Source of the DNA: Bacillota bacterium
GTDB lineage: Bacteria > Bacillota > Clostridia > Acetivibrionales > JAMNXU01
NCBI GenBank assembly: GCA_023623175.1
Contig: JAMNXU010000010.1
Coordinates: 20,967 to 84,966 of the forward strand
Reading direction: 5' to 3'
Length of the DNA stretch: 64,000 nt
The stretch's first letter is position 1; the number at the start of each line of letters is the position of its first letter. This document shows positions 26,261 to 34,860 of the stretch, piece by piece. The notes beneath the pieces were generated by a model, which was given only the letters and a program-made list of their open reading frames with translations, searched no databases and was not told the DNA's origin. The position numbers were made by a program, and so were the translations under genes.

Positions 26261-28471
26261 ATGCATAGAAGGCTGCAATTGGACTGGTCAGTAGGATATT
26301 GTACCGATCCGGGAACAGCCGCTGAAAAAAGGGTTCCCGCGATGGTGCCCGGCGCCGTGCAGCTGGACTGGGCCAGGGCTGAAGGATGGGGAGACTACAA
26401 TTATGCTGATAATTATAAAAACTATGCCTGGATGGAGGATGTTTGCTGGTCCTACGTGGCAAAACTGCGTTTCCCCGAACTCAAAGCTGATGAAAGGCTT
26501 ATATTTGTCTGTGGCGGAGTTGATTACCGCTTTTTGGTAAAGTTGCGCGGCGAAATCATCCATGAACAGGAAGGTATGTTCACTCCCTTTGAGATCGATT
26601 TGACGCAAAGGGCTGCCAACGGTGACGAACTCGAGATATTAATTTTCCCGGCTCCAAAGCGTAAAGGAGCTCCCAGGGGGAGAAAAGAAGCAGATCAGAG
26701 CTGCAAACCAGCCGTCAGCTATGGATGGGACTGGCATCCCAGGCTCGTTCCCCTCGGCATCTGGGATGACACGTACCTGGAAATACGGCCTGCATGCCAC
26801 ATAAAGGACTGTGAAGTGTTGTACAGCCTGGATGAAAACCTGCAGCAGGCATTGGTTACAGCGGATATTGCGCTGAGCGGAAAAGGAGAAGCGAAAATAC
26901 AATGGGAATTTTATGACAGGAATGAAAACCCGGTTTTCCGGCGTGATTACCCCTGCGAATACTGCGGGGATAATAACGTTATACATATGGAAGAGGTCGT
27001 TAAAAAACCGCGGCTCTGGTGGCCCAACGGGCAGGGAGAGCCTGTGCTTTACCGTTCTGTCATCAGGCTCGTAGACAACAATGGGAACCTGCTGGATCAA
27101 AAAGTTTCAAGGGTGGGTTTCCGCAGGGTACGGCTCGTGATGCATCCGGGAGCCTGGGATTACCCCGAAGAATCTCCCAAAACCCGCAGCCGTCCGCCGA
27201 TAACTCTTGAAATAAACGGCAGGCAGATTTTCTGCAAGGGTTCCAACTGGGTAAATCCTGAAATATTCCCGGGTATCATCACCGAAGAAACGTACAGACC
27301 TCTGATTGAACTGGCCAGGGAAGCCAACATGAATATTTTCCGGTGCTGGGGCGGGGCTATTGTCAACAAGGATGCCTTCTTCGACCTGTGCGATGAAATG
27401 GGTATAATGGTGTGGCAGGAATTCCCGCTATCGTGCAATAACTATGTTGGTACTCCCGAATACCTGAAAATACTGGACCAGGAATCGAGATCCATAATCC
27501 GGCGCCTGCGTTCCCATGCCTGTGTAGTAATATGGTGCGGGGGAAATGAACTGTTCAATTCATGGTCGGGAATGACGGACCAGTCGCCGGCACTCCGCCT
27601 GCTGAACCGCAACTGTTATGACATGGACCCGGAAAGACCTTTCCTGATGACATCACCGCTCATGGGAATGGGCCACGGATATTACCGGTTCCGGTATCCC
27701 GACGGAAGGGATGTGTTCCAGGCAATGCCTCGCGAAGGATTCACAGCGTACACCGAGTTTGGAGTCCCGTCGCCAAGCGATGCCGAATACCTGAAAAATT
27801 TTATCCCCGAAGAAGAACTGTTTCCACCGCGCCCGGGAACTTCATGGGAAGAACATCATGCCTTCAATGCATGGGAGTCTCCGGACTGGCTCGCCCTGGA
27901 TGTAATAGAACACTACTTCGGCAAAACCGATTCTCTGGAACTGCTGGTAGAGCGGGGGCAGTGGATACAGGCTGAGGGACTCAGGTTCATCTTTGAGGAA
28001 GCCAGGAGGCAAAAGCCCGTTTGTTCAATGGCTTTGAACTGGTGTTACAATGAACCGTGGCCCACAGCGGCAAACAACAGCATAATAAGCTGGAGGACAA
28101 GGCCAAAACCTGCCTATTATACTGTAAAAGCCGCTTGCAGGCCCGTTCTCGCCAGTGCGAGAATTGCAAAATTCGTATGGGAGGAAGGCGAACTGTTCTC
28201 AGCCGAATTGTGGATACTTAATGACTCTCCCGAATGTGTGCCCGCGGGCAGGGTTAAAGCAATTTTGCGAATGGGAGAAAAAGAGATTCTGCTCCTGGAG
28301 TGGGATTATCCTGAGATTGCCGCCAACACTAATTTACCTGGACCCGTCGTGCGCTGTTACCTGCCGCACGGCGAAACTGACCGGATAAAGCTTGTGCTCA
28401 GGGTTGACGGGCACCCGGAAATGGACTCGGAGTACATCCTGCCGTACCGCGCAAAATCGGAAACGAATTGA
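26261..28471 (+). CDS. glycoside hydrolase family 2-like (beta-mannosidase/exo-glucosaminidase type), cytoplasmic
   Basis: 736 aa. Has the sugar-binding, Ig-like and TIM barrel order. Blocks NMNIFRCWGG, VWQEFPLSC and WCGGNE. No signal peptide. Confidence 0.8.
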   Translation: MHRRLQLDWSVGYCTDPGTAAEKRVPAMVPGAVQLDWARAEGWGDYNYADNYKNYAWMEDVCWSYVAKLRFPELKADERLIFVCGGVDYRFLVKLRGEIIHEQEGMFTPFEIDLTQRAANGDELEILIFPAPKRKGAPRGRKEADQSCKPAVSYGWDWHPRLVPLGIWDDTYLEIRPACHIKDCEVLYSLDENLQQALVTADIALSGKGEAKIQWEFYDRNENPVFRRDYPCEYCGDNNVIHMEEVVKKPRLWWPNGQGEPVLYRSVIRLVDNNGNLLDQKVSRVGFRRVRLVMHPGAWDYPEESPKTRSRPPITLEINGRQIFCKGSNWVNPEIFPGIITEETYRPLIELAREANMNIFRCWGGAIVNKDAFFDLCDEMGIMVWQEFPLSCNNYVGTPEYLKILDQESRSIIRRLRSHACVVIWCGGNELFNSWSGMTDQSPALRLLNRNCYDMDPERPFLMTSPLMGMGHGYYRFRYPDGRDVFQAMPREGFTAYTEFGVPSPSDAEYLKNFIPEEELFPPRPGTSWEEHHAFNAWESPDWLALDVIEHYFGKTDSLELLVERGQWIQAEGLRFIFEEARRQKPVCSMALNWCYNEPWPTAANNSIISWRTRPKPAYYTVKAACRPVLASARIAKFVWEEGELFSAELWILNDSPECVPAGRVKAILRMGEKEILLLEWDYPEIAANTNLPGPVVRCYLPHGETDRIKLVLRVDGHPEMDSEYILPYRAKSETN

Positions 28472-28634
28472 ATGTACGGGCTGAATTATTTTAGTGCTCA
28501 GGTTTAAATCTAAAGTCTAAATTTAATATTAATTGCTGCTGAAAATAATTATTTTACTGGCATGTATAAAATGAACAATATTACTGATATTTATAAAATG
28601 AACAATTGGCTTGGAAAAATTGACTAGATTAAAA

Positions 28635-28664
28635 AGGAGGCTAATCAACAATGATTAGCCTCCT
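28635..28664. terminator. perfect 12-bp hairpin (terminator-like, T tract on the minus strand)
   Basis: aggaggctaatc (28635-28646) pairs with gattagcctcct (28653-28664). On the minus strand it is followed by TTTT. Confidence 0.4.
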
Positions 28665-28779
28665 GACTTATTAGCCGTTGTCTGTCAAAAACCAGGTGAT
28701 ACCATGTTCCCGCGCATCAATGGTTTCAGCCGGTAAAGCGCAAAAATAAATATTTAGTTCATATTTGGTTCAAATACAT

Positions 28780-28821
28780 AAAAACAGCGGGTATTGATTT
28801 TCTCAAACCCGCTGTTTTTTC
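28780..28821. terminator. bidirectional rho-independent terminator abutting tRNA-Pro
   Basis: Stem aaaacagcgggt/acccgctgtttt with A/T runs on both sides. Confidence 0.6.
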
Positions 28822-28899
28822 TGGTCGGAGTGACTGGACTTGAACCAGCGACCTCTTGCACCCCAAGCAAGCACTCTAGCCAAACTGAGCTACACCCCG
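28822..28899 (-). tRNA. tRNA-Pro (GGG), CCA encoded
   Basis: The reverse complement folds as a cloverleaf. Acceptor cggggtg/cactccg, anticodon loop TTGGGGT, T-loop TTCAAGT. Confidence 0.93.
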
Positions 28900-29082
28900 A
28901 ATCGCGTACTTATTATAACATGCCCGTCGTGAATTGTAAAGCCAAAAATCCATATAATTTTTTCCCCGGAAATTGCAAATAATGTCGCTTTGTGCAGCCA
29001 AAAGCCAATTAATGAATAATCTACTACGAAAATGAAAATAATCTGTTAAAGGAATTTCATTCAATTCAGGAGGTAAAGCTGC

Positions 29083-29880
29083 ATGAACAATGACGAGGCA
29101 CATTATATTTATAAGCCTCAGAGAGTCACGATTGTAAAAAGGTATTTGCTTGTATCGGCGCTGCTGACGGCAACAGTGGCCATGCTGTGCCTTTACAACG
29201 TAAGCGTGTACAGGAGCTATGCTGATATTAAAAGGCAGCTTAAAGAATCCCGTGAAATGCTGCAAAAAGTCGAGGCTGACAGGGATGTCCTGCTGGAAAT
29301 AAACAGCAGTCTTATAAAAGACAACGAGGAATTGAGGGAGCAAAACAATGCAATAGAGGAGCAAAACCGTGAACTGAAAACACGGATGGAAGCCCTGAAA
29401 AAAATAAATGAAGAGCTTATACAGCAAAACAACGAACTCCAGGAAGACAACATAATGCTTCAGAATAATTTGAAAAAGGCAGCCTCAGTAGGCATCAAAC
29501 CGCAAAATTACGGAAGTTTCGGCGGCGTTTCAAGAAGTTCCGTCCATCGCGGTGAATATATAGGACGATTTCTCGGCACGGCATACACCCCGAGCGTCGA
29601 GGAGTGCGGAAACGACCGGGGAATTACGAAATCAGGCGAGCCTATAATTCCGGGCCTGACCATAGCCGTCGACAACAATTACTGGCCTTTTGGCACCGTT
29701 TTCTATATCAAGGGACTGGGATATGCCGTGGCAATGGACACGGGAAGCGGCGTCAAGGGCAAGTACAGGTTTGACTTTGCCGTACTGGACAAAAATTTCG
29801 CGCTTAAAATAGGCCGTGATTATTACGATGTTTTCCTGGTCAGGATGGGAAACGGAAAAGTGGAGGATGTGAATTTTTAG
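29083..29880 (+). CDS. membrane-anchored coiled-coil protein with a C-terminal 3D (MltA/YocH/YuiC-like) cell-wall hydrolase domain
   Basis: TM helix, then about 90 aa of heptad-rich E/N/L/Q sequence, then GTAYTPSVEECGNDRGITKSG...DTGSGVKG, typical of the 3D domain. Confidence 0.8.
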   Translation: MNNDEAHYIYKPQRVTIVKRYLLVSALLTATVAMLCLYNVSVYRSYADIKRQLKESREMLQKVEADRDVLLEINSSLIKDNEELREQNNAIEEQNRELKTRMEALKKINEELIQQNNELQEDNIMLQNNLKKAASVGIKPQNYGSFGGVSRSSVHRGEYIGRFLGTAYTPSVEECGNDRGITKSGEPIIPGLTIAVDNNYWPFGTVFYIKGLGYAVAMDTGSGVKGKYRFDFAVLDKNFALKIGRDYYDVFLVRMGNGKVEDVNF

Positions 29881-31919
29881 TGTCTGTTTTATCGAAAGTC
29901 GGCAAACGCATATTGAGAACTCTTATTTTCCATGAACCGACACTTGAAAAAACATACATTCTTGAAGAAAGCGAAAAACAGGACGTTTTTGGGGAAGGTC
30001 CCAAAACTGATTCGAAAAACAAAACGGATCCTGGGGACAATACAAACCAGGGAAGTAAAGCTGGTACAGCTGATAAAACAGGCCAGGGAAAAGCAAATAA
30101 TACTGATCCAGGTAAAAAACCCGGCTCTGTAAATGAAACCGGCGAAGGTAACGGAAGAGGCTCGGAAAAAAACAGAGAAGAGAATGATAATTCAAAACAA
30201 AACGAAGAAGGTTCCCCCGGAAAGGTGAGAAAAATTCTGAAGCCGATACCCGTTGGAGTAGACGATTTGTCAAAGGACGGAAATGACAGCGGAAAAAATA
30301 AAGGCGGTCAAAACGGAGAAGATTCCAAAAACAAGAAAGAAACCCAAAATGAAGATTCTCAAAATGAAGAAGATTCTCAAAGTGAAGAAGAATCAGAAAT
30401 ATCCACTGACATAAAAGAAAACCTGGAATACATGAAAAACGCTTACAGTATTCCGCTGTCCGGCGATGTCGTCATACGGGAGTTTGACATTACAATCGGT
30501 GAGAAAAATATTGAAGCCTTTGTAATATTCATTGACGGGCTGATCGACAGCACCGTTCTGAACCATTTTGTTCTGGAACCGCTGATGCTTTTGTCAAACC
30601 TCGATATAAAGTACGTTCAAAAGGACATTAAGACCATAATACTAAAACAGCTGTTGCCCTACAACCAGGTTAAGACCGTCAGTTTCTATAAGGAAGTCTT
30701 GGAAAATGTAAATTTCGGTTCATGCGCGCTGTTTGTGGACGGCCTCAACGTAGTTTTCACAGCTGATGTAAAGGGCTGGGAACACAGGGGGGTTGAAAGG
30801 CCGAATACAGAGCTTGTCATAAGGGGTCCCCAGGAAGGGTTCAATGAAGTCCTCAGGGCGAACACAGCGCTTATAAGGAAAATAGTTTTAAATGAAAATC
30901 TTATCGTCGAAAACCTCAAGGTGGGCAGGAGAAGCAGAACGCCGTGCGCGCTCCTGTATATCAGGGATATTGCCAATAAAACCCTTGTAGACGAAGTACG
31001 CAGGAGAATAAAATCTCTTGATATCGACAGTATTACCGATTCAGGGGAGCTTGAGCAGTTTCTCGAGGATAATACCTTTTTGCCGGCGCCGCAGATTCTT
31101 GCCACTGAAAGGCCTGACAGGGTGGCTTCAATGCTTGAGGAAGGCAAGGTGGCCATCGTTATGCAGGGAAGCCCCTTCGTTCTCGTAATGCCCACGACAA
31201 TTTCAACCCTGGTACAGTCTCCCGAGGATACGTACATGCGCTTTCCCGGGGGAAACCTGTTCAGAATAGTTAGGTTCCTGGGAATTTTTGTCGCGCTTCT
31301 TTTGCCGGGTCTTTACGTGGCCATTACGAATTATCACCAGGAAATGATACCAACGGACCTGGTACTGGCAATTTCAGCTGCACGCGAGAGGGTTCCGTTT
31401 CCCTCGGTGCTGGAAATACTGATAATGGAAATATCTTTTGAACTTATCCGCGAAGCCGGCATACGTATACCGGGTCCCATTGGACCTACGCTGGGCATAA
31501 TCGGCGCATTGATACTCGGACAGGCCGCTGTTGCGGCAAACATAGTCAGCCCGATCCTGATAATAGTCGTGGCGGTAACGGGCATCGGCTCTTTTGCAAT
31601 TCCGAATTTTTCCCTTGCGCTTTCGCTGAGAATTGTCAGATTCGCATATATAGCGCTGGGAGCGGTTGCCGGATTCCTGGGCATTACAACGGGCATTTTC
31701 ATCCAGGGAATTATATATGCCAAGGCCAAGTCCTTCGGAGTTCCGTTCCTTACGCCTTTCGGGCCGAAGACAGCCGGCGCTGCCCAGGACGATTTCCTGA
31801 ACCTCCCTATATGGAAAAGGGAAGAACGCCCAGATTATCTCAATACCGGGAAACGCAGAAAACAGGACTCTATAAGCAGGAAATGGATTGTTAGGGAGAA
31901 AGGCAGTGATGAAAGTTGA
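29880..31919 (+). CDS. spore germination protein, GerA-family A subunit, with a long low-complexity N-terminal extension
   Basis: The C-terminal 490 aa is colinear with GerAA/GerKA (VIREF..., RSRTPCALLYI, GPQEGFNE, 5 C-terminal TM helices). The GTG start overlaps the upstream stop (TAGTG). The true start is uncertain. Confidence 0.85.
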   Translation: MSVLSKVGKRILRTLIFHEPTLEKTYILEESEKQDVFGEGPKTDSKNKTDPGDNTNQGSKAGTADKTGQGKANNTDPGKKPGSVNETGEGNGRGSEKNREENDNSKQNEEGSPGKVRKILKPIPVGVDDLSKDGNDSGKNKGGQNGEDSKNKKETQNEDSQNEEDSQSEEESEISTDIKENLEYMKNAYSIPLSGDVVIREFDITIGEKNIEAFVIFIDGLIDSTVLNHFVLEPLMLLSNLDIKYVQKDIKTIILKQLLPYNQVKTVSFYKEVLENVNFGSCALFVDGLNVVFTADVKGWEHRGVERPNTELVIRGPQEGFNEVLRANTALIRKIVLNENLIVENLKVGRRSRTPCALLYIRDIANKTLVDEVRRRIKSLDIDSITDSGELEQFLEDNTFLPAPQILATERPDRVASMLEEGKVAIVMQGSPFVLVMPTTISTLVQSPEDTYMRFPGGNLFRIVRFLGIFVALLLPGLYVAITNYHQEMIPTDLVLAISAARERVPFPSVLEILIMEISFELIREAGIRIPGPIGPTLGIIGALILGQAAVAANIVSPILIIVVAVTGIGSFAIPNFSLALSLRIVRFAYIALGAVAGFLGITTGIFIQGIIYAKAKSFGVPFLTPFGPKTAGAAQDDFLNLPIWKREERPDYLNTGKRRKQDSISRKWIVREKGSDES

Positions 31920-33022
31920 AAGCCAAAATTACTTTCGGCATATGGGAAGCAATAATGATGCTGCTCAATACCATATGCGTCCCGCTGCTTCTCGGTTTCC
32001 CGAGGTTGATGATCGAGACGGGAGGGACTGCGGGGTGGATCATTCCCATTTACATTACGGTGCTGGCTGTTTTGTTTTTTACGGTTATTCAGCGGCTGTA
32101 CAGAAATTTTGAAGGAAAGGACATCATAGACATAGCTGAAATTGCTTTGGGCAGGATCGGGAGAATTGTTACCGGCATATTGCTGATGTTATACATAGTT
32201 TTTCTGGTAACAATTACTTTGCGCGAGTTTACCGAGGATATGAAGGTAATTGCGCTGATAAATTCTCCTATCAGCTTTGTTATGATGTTTTTCATAGCGG
32301 CGATGGTCTTTGGATGTTATTTCGGAATAGAACCTCTCGTAAGATTCAGCTCCGTTATAGTGCCGATTATAGCATTAGGATTTTTGTTCATTGTTTTCGG
32401 AGTGGCTGGAAATTATGACATAAATCATCTTTTCCCAATCCTAGGTAACGGACCCCGCGCTATTTTCATAGACGGCTTTTTTTTGGTATCATACTTTTCT
32501 CCCCTTGTGTTGCTTTATTTGATTGCTCCTTTTGTGAGAACCCATAAAATCATGAAAATTACAGGATATACAACCATATTGCTGTCATCCATATTTTTTA
32601 CGCTGGGAACTCTTTGCTACCTGCTGGTTTATCCTTACCCGATTTCCATAGAAAACTTTCTGCCCATATACCAGCTTGCCAGGGTTATGGAATACGGAAG
32701 ATTCTTCCAAAGAATTGAATCGGTTTTCGTATTGATATGGGCGGCATCGGCAATGAGTATGCTGTCGATAGGCTTTTACTTTGTTGTCTACATTTTCAGG
32801 AAAACCTTTGAACTGGATTACCGGAGACCGATGATATGGTCCTTTATAATAATTATATTTACATTGAGCCTTTTTCCTCCGAACCTTATGACCGTGCTCG
32901 AGTTAGACAAAATGTATTATTCAAAAGTTACATGGATCATTTCATTGTGCTATCCTATATTAATTTTGTTAATTGCGCGGTTGAGAAGCAGAAACCCGGA
33001 AAAGGAGGCAAAAACGCGGTGA
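31916..33022 (+). CDS. spore germination protein, GerB-type (APC-like permease) subunit
   Basis: 368 aa with about 10 TM helices. TTGA overlap with the A-subunit stop. Confidence 0.85.
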   Translation: MKAKITFGIWEAIMMLLNTICVPLLLGFPRLMIETGGTAGWIIPIYITVLAVLFFTVIQRLYRNFEGKDIIDIAEIALGRIGRIVTGILLMLYIVFLVTITLREFTEDMKVIALINSPISFVMMFFIAAMVFGCYFGIEPLVRFSSVIVPIIALGFLFIVFGVAGNYDINHLFPILGNGPRAIFIDGFFLVSYFSPLVLLYLIAPFVRTHKIMKITGYTTILLSSIFFTLGTLCYLLVYPYPISIENFLPIYQLARVMEYGRFFQRIESVFVLIWAASAMSMLSIGFYFVVYIFRKTFELDYRRPMIWSFIIIIFTLSLFPPNLMTVLELDKMYYSKVTWIISLCYPILILLIARLRSRNPEKEAKTR

Positions 33023-34305
33023 AACGAATTTCGGCCGCAGTGCTGTTAACTGTATTTACAGTATTGCTGCTTACCGGATGCTATGACGGGCGCGAAGTTG
33101 ACGATCTCGCCTACGTGGCAGCAATAGGTCTTGACAAGGGCGTGACAAACAAGTTGAAATTGACACTTGTGTTTGCAGTACCCAGCGCGACGGGTGGAAG
33201 CAGTGAGAACGGTGGTGGTTCGGGAGAAAAAACGTCATCAATTTTGACGCTGGAGACTCCTTCAATTATGGCCGGCCTCAGCCTTGCCAACAATGTCGTC
33301 AGCCGCCAGGTCAGCATTGCCCATGCAAAGGTAATAGTGTTTTCAAGCGAATTGGCAAGGGAAGGTATTTCAAATTATATAAACGCTTTCAACAGGCTCA
33401 GGGAACTGAAGCCAACCATAAACATGGCAGTGGCGCGCGGTTCGGCAGAGGAGTATCTCAAAAGCATCAAGCCTTCGATGGAATCCAGCGTGACCAAGTA
33501 CTTCGAACTGATATACAGGACCTATAAATATACCGGATTTACCGCAAACACGAGTTACTTTAAATTTTACAAGTACGCGAAATCCACATTCATCCAGCCC
33601 GTGGCAACGCTCGCAGGAATAACCAAGAACGAGTCTTCGGCGGATTTTGCCACGGAATCATCCATAGTCCGCAGAAACAGCGGCTTTCCCCTGGAGGGGG
33701 AGTTCAAGGCCGGGGAAATTCCCAGGGCCGGCGACATAAAGGCTGATATCATGGGACTTGCTGTTTTCAGCGGCGACCGGATGGTGGGTGAGCTCGACGG
33801 GGAAGATACAGCCTATTACCTTATGTTGAGAGGAGAATTTTTCCAATCAACGATTACGCACGTTGATCCCATTAACAAGGATAATGTGGTTTTGCTGCTA
33901 ATAAAACAGAGCAGGAACCCGGTTCACAGGGTGGAACTCTCCGGCGGCAAACCGGTCATATCGTCCAAAATATCCCTGGAAGGCGACATACAGACGATAC
34001 AGAGCGAGATTAACTATGAAAGCCCGGAACTGCTTGCAATCCTCGAAAAATCCGTTGAGGATTTTATAAGAAAAGGCATGGAGGAGTTACTTCAAAAAAC
34101 CGCGGAGGAGTACAATACCGATATCATTGGATATGGAGCCGTTGCCAAAAGAAAGTTTGCCACGTGGCAGCAATGGCTTGATTTTGACTGGCATAAAAGA
34201 TACCCCATGGCTGAATTCCATGTTGAGGTGGACCTGAAAATAAGGAGACCAGGTCTGCTGATCAGAACCATGCCGATCATTTCATCAAAAAAGGGAAGTG
34301 TATAG
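33019..34305 (+). CDS. Ger(x)C-family germination lipoprotein
   Basis: GTG 33019 follows AAAGGAGG (33001-33008). Lipobox LLLTGC. GTGA overlap with the B-subunit stop. GerC-like length. Confidence 0.85.
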   Translation: MKRISAAVLLTVFTVLLLTGCYDGREVDDLAYVAAIGLDKGVTNKLKLTLVFAVPSATGGSSENGGGSGEKTSSILTLETPSIMAGLSLANNVVSRQVSIAHAKVIVFSSELAREGISNYINAFNRLRELKPTINMAVARGSAEEYLKSIKPSMESSVTKYFELIYRTYKYTGFTANTSYFKFYKYAKSTFIQPVATLAGITKNESSADFATESSIVRRNSGFPLEGEFKAGEIPRAGDIKADIMGLAVFSGDRMVGELDGEDTAYYLMLRGEFFQSTITHVDPINKDNVVLLLIKQSRNPVHRVELSGGKPVISSKISLEGDIQTIQSEINYESPELLAILEKSVEDFIRKGMEELLQKTAEEYNTDIIGYGAVAKRKFATWQQWLDFDWHKRYPMAEFHVEVDLKIRRPGLLIRTMPIISSKKGSV

Positions 34306-34307
34306 CG

Positions 34308-34481
34308 GTGACCTTCAGCTGGATTATCGCCATTGTCGTAATTATATGGGTGTTTGTATACACCGCGAGCTTCGGGATCTGGACGTGGAAAAAAAGAAAA
34401 CGTCTGGGAGCGGTGATGGTTCTCATTATTGCACTGATTGAGCTGATCATGCCCATGTACGTTATGTTTTTCCGTCACTAA
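34308..34481 (+). CDS. 57-aa two-TM peptide at the end of the ger operon (GerD-subunit-like position)
   Basis: Not in the ORF track. GTG lies 2 nt after the gerC stop. Translation is VTFSWIIAIVVIIWVFVYTASFGIWTWKKRKRLGAVMVLIIALIELIMPMYVMFFRH. A terminator follows. Confidence 0.45.
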   Translation: MTFSWIIAIVVIIWVFVYTASFGIWTWKKRKRLGAVMVLIIALIELIMPMYVMFFRH

Positions 34482-34485
34482 TCAA

Positions 34486-34515
34486 AAAAGCTTCAGCAAC
34501 CTCGCTGAAGCTTTG
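34486..34515. terminator. bidirectional terminator between the ger operon and tRNA-Trp
   Basis: Stem aaagcttcagc/gctgaagcttt with a 6-nt loop, A-run before and T's after. Confidence 0.6.
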
Positions 34516-34589
34516 GCAGGGGCAGCAGGACTCGAACCCGCAACCAATGGTTTTGGAGACCACTACTCTACCAATTGAGCTATACCCCT
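34514..34589 (-). tRNA. tRNA-Trp (CCA), CCA end encoded
   Basis: Reverse complement is aggggtatagctcaattggtagagt...ctccaaa...ggttcgagtcc...cccctgcca. Anticodon loop CTCCAAA. Confidence 0.93.
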
Positions 34590-34860
34590 ACGTGCAAAAC
34601 TTATTATATCACAGACTTTTTTCCTTTTCAACAGAAATTTCTGCATTTATCTCTGCCCGGTGTTTACAACGCCGGATATTTTTATATAAAATTAATTACA
34701 TATCGCTGTTGACGGCTTGTCCGCCTGTAATTTCCCTGTCTGCATGGCCGACTGTAATCCAGTCTACATTACCGGCGCCCGTGTGTCAATATTTAATTTG
34801 CTTGCATGACAGGGATTTTGTGTTATATCATAGTGAAAGATGGCAGGGGAGGTTTTGAAG

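Noticed and set aside
28651-28674. 7-codon ORF (MISLLTY) behind a perfect AAAGGAGG RBS.
   Set aside because: The RBS and the ORF are the two arms of a perfect 12-bp hairpin, so the apparent coding signal is a by-product of the palindrome.
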